This document shows, piece by piece, positions 50,841 to 64,000 of a stretch of 64,000 nucleotides of DNA. The position numbers and the translations under genes were made by a program. Location of the stretch: NCBI RefSeq assembly GCF_006345805.1, contig NC_042997.1, positions 10,664,001-10,728,000 of the forward strand, read 5' to 3'. Source of the stretch: Octopus sinensis. Taxonomy: Eukaryota. Position 1 is the first letter of the stretch, and each line of letters begins with the position of its first letter. The notes beneath the pieces are model-generated. The model had not been told where the DNA came from. It did not search any database and saw only the letters and a program-made list of their open reading frames with translations.

Positions 50841-51710
50841 ATGTATTTTAGATACGACTACTATCAACATGCTCAAGTTAAGGTCTAGAGCAGAACATCA
50901 TTTATGTAACGAGAAACTGAGATGCATCACCCGAAGAGATATTTCTGCACTGTTTGGAGCACTGTAATTCCCTGTATAGTTTCCTACCCACGAAGGAGCG
51001 CTGCAAAGTGTGTAGATACGATTGTTGTGACAAATAAAGTTTCCAATATACACTATCTTCCGTATCCATTGTTTCTACTATACTTACATGGATACGCACG
51101 TAAATATATGCAAAGACAATTTAATTTTCTGCTAAAGGCATTATAATTTGGATAAATAAAAACTATTTTCGGCACATCACCTGAAATATTGTTGCATGCG
51201 TTTTACTATATATTCTTCAACAACAAGCATCATGAGACACTTTATTTTTGTGACATTCAGTGAATGTTCTTCACGCTTCAAAACTGTTTATCTTAATTAT
51301 TGAAGTCTGTGAAGCTTTAGGGCCCAGTAGTTTGCTGAAGATGTCTATTAATACTGAAAAATGTCCGGAGTTGTCTTTCTAGCTGTCAAATATCAAATCT
51401 ACTCCTAAGGGTATGTCTCCAGTTAATTTTTTGTCAGTTGAAACTTGGGGAATTTTCTCCCTGGCATTTTTTTTTAGATGTATTTCATTAACAAAGACTG
51501 TTCTCTTTGCGGTTATAATTTTTGTTGGTGAAAAATATTTTTTCGATACAAAATATGAAGTATGGCAAATTGCTTTTAACAATATATATGTATGTTTGCG
51601 TATCTATACGTGTGAGAGAGGGATAGAATGAGAGAAAGAATGTGTGTGTGTATGTATATACTTATATATATGTATTATGTATGTATATGTCGATGCATAT
51701 ATATGCATGT

Positions 51711-51743
<33 letters not shown>

Positions 51744-52021
51744 CGTATGCATACGCAGATAATGTCCATTGTTTGACTTAACTTGATCAGCGAACTTTAG
51801 TTTATAATAGCTGTCAATGCATAAACACGTGCATGCACACGTATGAATGTGCATACACACACGTGCACGTGCACACGTTCAGACACATTCATACACCAAT
51901 ATATAAAGTTTGTATGTGCGTGCCTGATTTTATAGTATTGGTGTTTGCGCATTTATGTATGTGTGTGAGTGTGTTTGTGTGTCAGTGTGTGTCAGCGTGT
52001 GTGTATGGTGTGTGTGTGTGT

Positions 52022-52084
<63 letters not shown>

Positions 52085-52259
52085 GTGTGTGTGTGTGTGT
52101 AAGGTGAATGTTTTTTCTGTTTGTAGGCTATATAGTTGTGTATACGTAAGCAAGTATACAGAAGAATTTTTATATGTAGACATTCTATATGTGCGTGTGT
52201 AAATAAAAGCATTTGTTCTATATGCAAGTATTGAAGCGCTGTAGGTTTTTCCCTATATG

Positions 52260-52346
<87 letters not shown>

Positions 52347-52758
52347 CTTTGTATATGTAGACATCTATTTTCTATAATTTGATGTTTGTAACCTCGGATC
52401 AGCCTTCGCTTTACAGATTTATTATCAAAGCACTCTCGCCATTACTATCCTGCCTTTTTTGTTGTGTTTTGCTTTTTGTTGCTTTTTGTTTGTTTTTGTT
52501 TGTTTGTTTGTTTTTTTGACAATTTATAGATTGCAATGCTAATGTGTCTGTGTCATTTCTTTTTTGAAGAGAGTCTGGGCTTGCTATTCCTTATGAGTTG
52601 AGCGGCAACTTAAAGACTACTTCATTTTGAAAAATGTAGACAGAGCGTTTATGTGAACGTAAACGTAAAGAGGGGAGAGAGTCCATATGTGTATGTGTAT
52701 ATGTGTGGATAGATTAAAAGTATTTAGATATATAAACTCAGCATGTATATTATATAGA

Positions 52759-52830
<72 letters not shown>

Positions 52831-52896
52831 CCATATATATATACATATATATACATACATACATGTAAATTTATTTATATATATATATATATATAG

Positions 52897-52930
<34 letters not shown>

Positions 52931-52952
52931 GAGAGAGGAGAGAGAGAGAGAG

Positions 52953-53037
<85 letters not shown>

Positions 53038-53466
53038 TACATATCCGTGGCTATATGAGAAAGAACAAAAACTATGCGGCTACGTATATTTGAACAGATG
53101 CAGACGCTGTGTGCATGTTTAGAAAAGCTGTATATACAGCATCGTTGAATAAGCAGACATTTGTGTTTATCATAATTCAAAATGTGTATATTACACATGG
53201 TGGGTTGTAAGATAGTGTATGTACATGTATCTAAAGTTTCATATGGGTATAGTGAACATCTGTTTATGTATGATGTATGTATGTTAGGAATTGATATGTA
53301 TATTTTGACAGATAAATTGTATTACACTATTACACTCAGAAACAGCCCTCTTGGCAGACACAGGAGTGTGATGCTTCTCTTAGTGTGCATAAATATTTTT
53401 TTCTCCCTTTGAAACCTGATTGTAAATTACTTACACGCTTATACACAGCAATTATATATATACGTA

Positions 53467-53502
<36 letters not shown>

Positions 53503-53719
53503 TTGTATGTGTGTGTGTATACACACATACATACACATACACATTCATACACACACATACATACACACACATACGTTAATGCACACTAGTGCTAACCCGC
53601 TATCTTCAAGAAAGAGTGTTATCATTGTATATGACTTAATAAAAAAAATATAGTGAATACGATTAAATATATTTGAACAATATACTGAGAAATATACAAC
53701 TGTAAAAATTCAAATATGT

Positions 53720-53759
53720 TTCGTTATCCGGGAGTCAGTTCGTTATCCGGGAGTCAGTT
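53720..53759. repeat. 19-bp tandem duplication
   Basis: ttcgttatccgggagtcag twice. Confidence 0.95.
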
Positions 53760-54152
53760 GGTAATTTTCATTATAGCACTGATTAGAATTACCTGGAATA
53801 TATATATTAAACATATGCAATGGCGCTTCTTTAAAAAATACTAATTTTACTTCATTCGAAAATTTTAAAAGAAGTGAGATTTTAAGGAAAGCTTTTGAAA
53901 TTTGATATAAACAGTATCGTATACTGCAGGACTGATTAAAAGCAACTATGAATGTTGTAACCCGGAACTGTGTATGATTGGCGAAGGATTGAAGCCGGTA
54001 TTAGTGTTTACTATCGGAAATCCGAGCAGACAAGGATTATTTTCAATAAGAAAGGATAAATAAGGATAGTCGATCGGGAGTGTCCGACAAATATCGTGAG
54101 ATATTTCGCGTTCCGAGGTCAATAAATAAAATACTGGAATTGACCTTTCCCT

Positions 54153-54189
<37 letters not shown>

Positions 54190-54244
54190 TCTCACTCTCT
54201 TTCTCTCTCTCTATCACTATCTCTCTCGCGCTCTCTCTCTCCCT

Positions 54245-54275
<31 letters not shown>

Positions 54276-54985
54276 CGCCTGTGTGTATATATGTGTATAT
54301 GCATATACATGTATGCATAGAATGTACTTACATAGTGTATACCTTCTGCTGTACAGTGTATGTGTCAATATATAAGAAACTTGTCAGAAGTTGGTGAAAT
54401 ATTGTTTCTTTCTTATAATATTTTGTTAGGCTCATTTGTCTTCTGTTTAAAGAATCACCACATACACACACACACACACCACAACATACACACACACACA
54501 TACACACACACACACGCATACATATACACATACATTCAAAACAGCAAATAAGAGGATACACCGTTAAAACTTACCACTCCTACAATTCACGTATTCTTTA
54601 TCAAATCTTCAGATTCAAGTGAACGAAATTATTAAAGATATTTAAATTTCTGATATTCTTCAATAAACACCTGAAATTTCTTTACACGTTCTCATAAACA
54701 GTAATCTACAATTTTTGAATAGTTCTATGAAGGACAAAAGCACTAGAAAATTTAATAAATAATGAACACCATTGAACAACTTCTGACTACTTCCTTTTTG
54801 ATAAATATGTACGTGTGTGTGTGCATGTATGTGCACCTGTGGCTGTGTGTGTATGTGCACCTGTGGCTGTACATTAGCATCAGCTTAAGCTACTCATTCA
54901 ATCTTTACACCTTTCTGCCTTTCTTTACATACAGACACATATACACTTATATATGTTTGTGCGTGCGCATGTCATATGTGTAAGT

Positions 54986-55049
<64 letters not shown>

Positions 55050-55074
55050 TAGATAGATAGATAAACAGACAGAC

Positions 55075-55139
<65 letters not shown>

Positions 55140-55535
55140 TCTTTATATATAAAAGTAAGGTTGTGTGTCTGTCTCCTACGATTTAGATTCCTAACTACTC
55201 CCACATTTTGCGGTGCAGTTTAACCAAAACCGGGTATCTTATAGTCGTGATTCATATCGAGCCCTTCTGGGTATTAGCGCGCGTCTACGATGAGTCTACG
55301 ATTTTTAAAATAATTTACCATCATTTTTTTCCATTTTAATGCATTTTTTCGCTATTATATAAGGGAAGTAACTCTCTAAAAATGTCTACGATGAGTCAAC
55401 GATTTAAAAAAAATTTACCATCATTTTTTCACCATTTTTAATGCATTTTTTTGCTACTTTTTGGCTATAACTCTCTAAAAATGCTTTATAGTTATTTCCC
55501 TTACAAACCCGAGCAACGCCGGGCGATACTGCTAG
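55140..55535 (+). mobile_element. Non-autonomous Helitron, copy 3
   Basis: A|TC start directly after a (GATA)n tract, same 3' hairpin and CTAG|T end. Confidence 0.88.
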
Positions 55536-55725
55536 TTGTTTAATGAATACGGAATATATATCTGAGCTATCATTAGTTACATGCAATACAATGACAGTAT
55601 TTTATAATACATGTGGTGCCTTCATGCAATCTTCGTGGTGTGCTTACATGGCTGTGCTCCATCGCGCACCAAATGGAGTACTTATTTTTGTTGATCTTAC
55701 TTCCACGGAATAGTATACTATATAT

Positions 55726-55937
55726 TCTTTTATTCTTTTACTTGTTTCAGTCATTTGACTGCGGCCATGCTGGAGCACCGCCTTTAGTCGAGCAAATCGA
55801 CCCCAGGACTTAGCTTTGTAAGCCCAGTACTTATTTATCGGTCTATTTTGCCGAACCGCTAAGTGACGGGGACGTAAACACACCAGCATCGGTTGTCAAG
55901 CAATGCTAGGGGGACAAACATAGACATACACACCACA

Positions 55938-55978
<41 letters not shown>

Positions 55979-56128
55979 CGACAGGCTTCTTTCAGTTCCG
56001 TCTACCAAATCCACTCACAAGGCATGGTCGGCCGGGGCTATAGCAGAAGCACTTGCCAAGATGCCACGCAGTGGGACTGAACCCGGAACATGTGGTTGGT
56101 TAGCAAGCTACTTACCACAGCCACTCCA
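55726..56128 (-). mobile_element. tRNA-derived SINE (family A)
   Basis: Homologous to 12627-13043. Confidence 0.88.
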
Positions 56129-56692
<564 letters not shown>

Positions 56693-56831
56693 CATATACA
56701 AAGAGAGGGAGAGAGAGAGCGAGAGAGAGAGAGAGATGTATATGTGTGTGTAATATATATTTAATTTACAAACATACATACACAGACAGACGTATACATT
56801 CATATATAGATATACAAGTAGCATGAGAAAT

Positions 56832-56899
<68 letters not shown>

Positions 56900-56978
56900 T
56901 GTGTGTGTGTGTGTACGTATGTGCGTGTGTATTATATATTATAAGTTTGTATTTAATTGCTTATATATGTAATGTGTT

Positions 56979-57068
56979 ATGTATAATGTATGTACCTATA
57001 CACACACGTGGTAAAATATATATATGTATAATGTATCCACCTATACATTCACGTGGTAAAATATATAC
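56979..57068. repeat. 45-bp imperfect tandem duplication
   Basis: atgtataatgtat..acctataca..cacgtggtaaaatatata twice. Confidence 0.85.
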
Positions 57069-59511
57069 TGACAAGGTATTACAATGGTGGTGGTGGCGGT
57101 AGCGGTGGTTGCTTATACCCAGATCATCTCAGATCCAATAGATCTATATTAACAAAGTTGAAAACCAGAAACTGAAACTGGGTTACTGAGTCCATTCTAC
57201 TCCATAATAGCACTTAAGATATTGTTGCTCTTGGCTGGTCATAAAGGCTTTCTAAATTAGGAAAAATGAAACAGGAATTTACAGCACTCATGTACGTATC
57301 TCTTTAAACAGTTACCATACAAATAAGATAATGAACTTGTTGTAACTGTATAATATACCTTTCCAAAATGCAGTACTTTTTAAAACTACTTATTACTTCT
57401 GATTGTTTAAAATGCTATTCGAGAGAATTAGAGAGGTTTTTATGTGCTCACTCAACCTGTTACAAATAGCTACAAAATTTCTCTCGAATCACCTTATAGG
57501 TTTCAAAAGATTGGCTGGTGATGATATTGAGACATTATACCTGAAAAATCAAGATAAGATAGTCATGGTTAGAACGCTGTTGATTGATTAGAGTTTAAAC
57601 AACAAAAGTGCATATGTTCCTTGTAAGCCTTAAATAGACGCAGGTTCACATCGAGTTTGATTTATACTGCTAATAAATATTCATGGGAAATACTCGAGTC
57701 AAAAAAGGCAGCTCCCACATTGTTGGTCGACCTGCTCGAAATAGCATCAATATCTCCCTTAAAGCCATACTTAACTATCTAGACAAAAGACATTAAATAA
57801 TATAAACCAGGGCAAAAATATTTCAAGGGAAAATGGTCGCTACTAGGATGTATTTGGTCTTAGGTCTGCTCAATCAAAGCCGACTTGAGGCAAAACAGAT
57901 ACACTCTTAAGAAAGTCTTCAACAAGGAAAATACTATACTCTGTACTACTGTCTAGTTGTGAGATTGGAGGTATGATAGGTAAAAATAAACCATTATTTA
58001 GAATTTAATGGAGTGAGAAGACTTTGATGTTGGCAATAGATTGCTACACCAGCTACTTTACTATATCTAGAATATGTATTTATGTCCACTGTCAAATTAT
58101 ATTAATGCTGAAACTTCCTTTAATTATCGTCAAGTTTGTTGCAGAAATAATTATTTCTTATGTAACAGTGAATGCCGTTCAGTAAAGATAAGCTCCTGAC
58201 GAGACACGCTAGATATTCTATTTCTGCAGTGCAAGTGCTATAGTTCGCAGGTTTGTAAAACGCTTTTGATTTGCTGTATGTTAATCTGTAATCTACTAGC
58301 TTGCTACAACAAACCGTGTGTCACTTCTTATTTTAACAACTGCAATAAAATGCTGACTACTTAATAATTGTAGAACAATTGAAGAAGCGACATTTGCATA
58401 ATACATCAATCACAATAAGAAAAATAACATTGAAGGCCAATGTTAATGAGTGCACATCTTGTGTTAGTTTCTTTTGTGATTGAGTAGCACAAAATTTTAA
58501 GAGGGCAGAAAAGAAACTCAATTGAGTTAGAAAGTGAGCTGTAATCTCCACCTGCTGGCAGTTTACATTCATTCCAGGAAGACCTAGAACAAACAAAAAG
58601 TGCATTGTCTTTTTGCTTTGATTTATATATATATATATGTTCAAACAACTGAGAAGCGTTATGTTGCTGCTCCCGTGTTTATTATTTTTGCTCGAAGTCA
58701 CTCCTATGACCAAAGCTATTCAAGTCAGGACCGTTCTATCTTTTCTTTCAAATATAATATATTTCAGACCACATTGTCCAATGTATCTGCTCTTCCTGTT
58801 TGTGACACAGATTACTATGTTTTAAGGAAGAGGAGTAACCTGTATGACGTGACACTTATGTCTTCTAAAAATTCATGAGCCACATTAAGTACGATGAGAC
58901 TATCAACAGCCCAGTTGTTGAATCAGATCTCAGTTGCTGGCTTCATTCGCTGTCTACTTACATCTCTCATTCCACTCCATACAACACTGTTTAAACCTTA
59001 TTTTACACGTCGTTTGATAGTTATTACATTGGTTGACACCTCGCTTTATAACCATTGACAAAGAAGTTTCTAATCTTTCTCCGTCGTCGTCGTCGTTGTT
59101 GTTGTGGTTGTCGTTGGTGTTGTTGAGGATGGTTTTGTATACCGGTAAATCTCACGTGCGTTATTTTATTCAGCTTGGGTCTCGACAGATATGTATGCAT
59201 GCCTCAGTGCACACACATCCACACGCATGTAGACACCCAGAAACACGCACGCAGCCATACATGCACACACACACACACACACACATACACACGCGAACAC
59301 ATACGCATCTAGATGTCTGTGTTTCCGTATAAAATGTGTAATTTAGCTGCGCGAAGGCTGGTATTATTGTGTTTATACCTAGATTGCAGACCGCTGGCAT
59401 TCATTCAGTCATCCACATAAATACAGGTACATAAGCATATACATGTATATATGTATACACATCCATAGATATAAATATGGCATAGTTAGATAGATAGATA
59501 GATAGATAGAC

Positions 59512-59603
<92 letters not shown>

Positions 59604-59847
59604 GCAGATGCGTAAACACACACACACACACACACACATATACATATATATATATAGTAGTGAAAACCAGCCACTTTATATGTATATATGTGTGGTGTGG
59701 TGCTGTATATTATATATATATATATATATTATATATATATATATATACATCTATTTACATACGTTCATATATATGTATAGACATATATATGTATGTGTGT
59801 GTATGTTTATAAACATTCTTATAAATAAATGTGTAGAAACATGTATG

Positions 59848-59880
<33 letters not shown>

Positions 59881-60107
59881 GTATATATATGTATGCATAT
59901 ATATGCATATATGTGTGTGTGGGTGTGTGTGCATATATATGGGTAATGTGTGTGTGTTTACATATAAACATACATATGTTTAAACGTATAAGCATTATTA
60001 TACTACCCCTTTATGTTTATATGTATGAATATGTGTGTGCCTGTGTGTATTTATACATATAAACATTATACATTTGTATACATGCATTTCTATATATTTA
60101 TATAGAA

Positions 60108-60147
<40 letters not shown>

Positions 60148-60698
60148 ATGTGTATAGACATACTTTTGTATATATGGGTATACACTGGCAGCGTCCCAGA
60201 ATTGCCACAGCCTTCAAGCTGAAACGTATAAAAGGATAAAGGAATACATACGCGCGCGCGTGTATGTGTGTGTGTGTGTTCGTATGTAAACATATTTAGT
60301 CATAATATTATATACATAGACGTATAAAAACATAATATATTGTAGGTATATATATATGCATATATAAGTGTTATCTATATATACACGTGTGCGTGCGTGT
60401 GTGTATTTATATATATAAACATTATACGTTTGTAAGCATGTAAGCATGATTATAATATCTCACTATGACTACGTGTATATATATATAGATATAGATATAT
60501 TTATATATATATGTATGTGTGTGTATATATATATACATATATGTGTGTGTTTGTGTGTATGTATGTGCTATGCAAATATATATATATAAACATTATATGT
60601 TTATATATGTGTAGTGGGGTGTAAAACATATATTATATATATGTATATATTATATATATATTATATATATATATTATATATATATATATAATATATAT

Positions 60699-60787
<89 letters not shown>

Positions 60788-61445
60788 GTGTATATATATA
60801 TATATATGTAATGTATGTATGTATGTATGTATTTAAACATACAAGCATGATTGTAATGCGTGTATGTGTCTGTATAAATGTGTGTGTGTGTGTGTGGTGT
60901 GTGTGTGTATGCACACACATTCGCACACATCGTTTTATTAATATGGATTGAGTGTTGCATATTTTGCATAGAGTAGCAAGGGTGTCTGGTAATTACGGTA
61001 ATTAGTCGCGTTTACATACAGGTAAACTTTATACTCTGTCTAATGACAGGGTACGTAGGAATATGAGAGGGTAAATATATATTTATAGACAAAAGATACA
61101 GATAATTTGAAGCGTTTTCAGACAGTTAAGTCCATATGCTGCGATAAGGGATTATGAACTCTTATGTGGAAAGGGAACCTTGTTGTTGCTGAAAGTTTTG
61201 ACTGATTTTCATTCGCCTGAGATGGGGAGAGAGATGGAGGAAAACGGTGCGGTGAGAGGAGAGAATAGGAGATGTATACGCATCCATCTATGCATTTGCT
61301 TCGTCAATAAATCCCGAAGAATACATTTATGCATACACACAAGTACGTGTGTACATATAGATAGATAGATAGATAGAGAGGGAGAGAGAGAGACAGAGAG
61401 AGAGACAGACAGACAGACAGACAGGCAGGCAGGCAGGCAGGCAGG

Positions 61446-61490
<45 letters not shown>

Positions 61491-61491
61491 G

Positions 61492-61558
<67 letters not shown>

Positions 61559-61604
61559 TTGATTGATAGATTGATATATTTTATATACATATTTTATATA
61601 ACTA

Positions 61605-61713
<109 letters not shown>

Positions 61714-62304
61714 TTATGCTAAATTTTCCAGAAGTTTGACCTATACAAACATATGTATAGTACTCGCACAGAAATCAAAATATGCAAATTCGCTTACGCA
61801 ATGTTATGCATGAACACACATACATATGCGGGAATATATATACATATATATACATATATACAAGCATTTATGCATGCACGCATACACATATAGCTATTGA
61901 GTTAATGTTGCTTAAATCCAATGGTAATACTTTCATTTCTATGCTAGAGACCGGATCTTTCTCTTTTAGTGAGAAAAGTATACAACAAAATTAAAAGAAC
62001 ATGCTTATATATACATATACGTACGTACACAACAAAACAGGTTCGATCTACTGTACATTCAGTGAAATATTGTATTTATGGGGTGGAATTCCGTCAATGA
62101 CAGTATTGTAGATTTATGACGAAATTTTGACACTTCATAATTTTTGTAATACATACTACCAGAAAATAAGACAAAAACGAGTACATCGGTTTGTATGCAG
62201 GTTTTCAACTGGCTAACATGATTGTTCTACAGTGTAATTGTTTGTTTCAACGAACGATCTTGGATCAAGTTTCTTGGCAAACAAATATATACAACACCGA
62301 AATG

Positions 62305-62525
62305 AGCATATGTATGTATGCGTGTATGTATGTATGTATGCATGTATGTATGCATGTATGCATGCATGCATGCATGCATGCATGTATGCATGTATGCATG
62401 TATGCATGTATGTATGTATGTATGTATGTGTGTATGTGTGTATGTGTGTATGTGTGTATGTGTGTGTGTGTGTATGTGTGTGTGTATGTGTGTGTGTGTG
62501 TATGTGTCTGTGTGTATGTGTGTGT

Positions 62526-62564
<39 letters not shown>

Positions 62565-62698
62565 TGTATGTGTGTGTGTGTATGTGTGTGTGTATGTGTG
62601 TGTGTGTATGTGTGTGTGTGTATGTGTGTGTGTATGTGTGTGTGTATGTGTGTGTGTATGTGTGTGTGTATGTGTGTGTGTGTATGTGTGTGTGTGTA

Positions 62699-62733
<35 letters not shown>

Positions 62734-62973
62734 ATGTAGGTAGGTAGGTAGGTAGGTAGGTAGGTAGGTAGGTAGGTAGGTAGGAAGGTAGGTAGGTAGG
62801 TAGGTCGATACATACACAGACAGTCAGGCAGACACACGCATACGTAGATACATACATACATAAGTAGACAGACAGACAGACAGACGGATGAATGGGTAGA
62901 TGGATGGGTAGATGGATGGATGGATTGGTAAACAGACAGGCAGACAGGTAGGTAGGTAGATAAATAGAAAGAC

Positions 62974-63069
<96 letters not shown>
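62305..63069. repeat. Long compound microsatellite (ATGT/ATGC, TG with TA interruptions, TAGG, GACA, GATG, GATA)
   Basis: Directly visible; source of the spurious long ORFs at 62191-63095. Confidence 0.97.
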
Positions 63070-63515
63070 GTCTTGACTAAATTTACTTCATCCATTCATT
63101 CTTTTTATAACTTCTTAAGGCACAATGACCAAAACAAGGAACTAATTATTTCAATGAACAAAAAAACAACAGAAAATTAATTAAACACAAAAGAAATCAA
63201 AACAAAGATAAAAAAAAGTAATAAAGAATGGTTTTTGTTTAAAAAGAAAAAGAAAAACAACACGTGAAAACTTTTGGGTCTTTTTTTTTTTAAATAAGTA
63301 AAAATAACAACATAATTAACAAAATGTTTGTTTTTTTTTTCTTTTTTTATAAAAAAATAAAATGTTTGTATAGAAAATATCAACAGGATCGACTATACAC
63401 AAGCACACACACACGCACATATTTATATATACATACATAGATATACATCCAGAGATGTATGCACATGTGGGCTTACATAATTATATATATATTAACATGT
63501 GTATATATATAGTAG

Positions 63516-63585
<70 letters not shown>

Positions 63586-64000
63586 ATTATATATCTGCTA
63601 TATATGTTTATGCGTGTATATGTGCGTGTATCTGTATTTCTATATTGTGCAAAACTTTAGATGCAGCCGTGTTTGTTGACAGTGTACAAAATACAAATGT
63701 GCCAGTGAGTGGAAGGTCGCGGTGACGATGTATATATGTATTACTCTCTTCTCTTTTCTCTCGTTATATTTCTTGTTTTTTTTTCTTTCTTTTTATTTTT
63801 CTTCTTTTTTTTTTTTTTTTTTTACTCCACATAATAATTATTAATAGCAATGGAATTTAAAGAGTAACTTCGCGTCTACGTACCCTCGGGTGTATCCATT
63901 CGGTAACTACACTGCGCTGATTGTCTGGAAAGTTTTTCATTGTTCATTTTGTTTTGACTGAAACGTTTCCTTACCACATTCGACACGATATGGCCAAATC

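Overview
AT-rich eukaryotic, repeat-dominated DNA with very dense (TA)n, (CA)n, (GATA)n, (CATA)n and (GA)n microsatellites and many tRNA-headed SINEs. The repeat style suggests an octopus-like cephalopod genome (inference, not verified). I found no convincing host protein-coding gene; most ORFs in the supplied track are microsatellite translations. Real coding remnants are all transposon-derived: two 5'-truncated copies of an L1/Tx1-type LINE, two restriction-like-endonuclease (RLE) LINE 3' fragments, two Penelope-like (PLE) fragments, a CR1/L2-type RT remnant and a Tc1/mariner transposase fragment. There are also three non-autonomous Helitrons and a long-TIR foldback element. Main hunting results: (1) nine type-I hammerhead-ribozyme-like folds from several unrelated sequence families, one downstream of both a PLE GIY-YIG ORF and a tRNA-like Pol III promoter; (2) a Tx1-like LINE flanked on both sides by same-strand (GATA)n in two differently truncated copies, suggesting microsatellite target specificity, with a similar (CATA)n association for the RLE LINE; (3) a transposase fragment enclosed in an unrelated-looking inverted-repeat module; (4) a pre-miRNA-like hairpin. 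All alignments and folds were done by eye and coordinates of degenerate ends are approximate.
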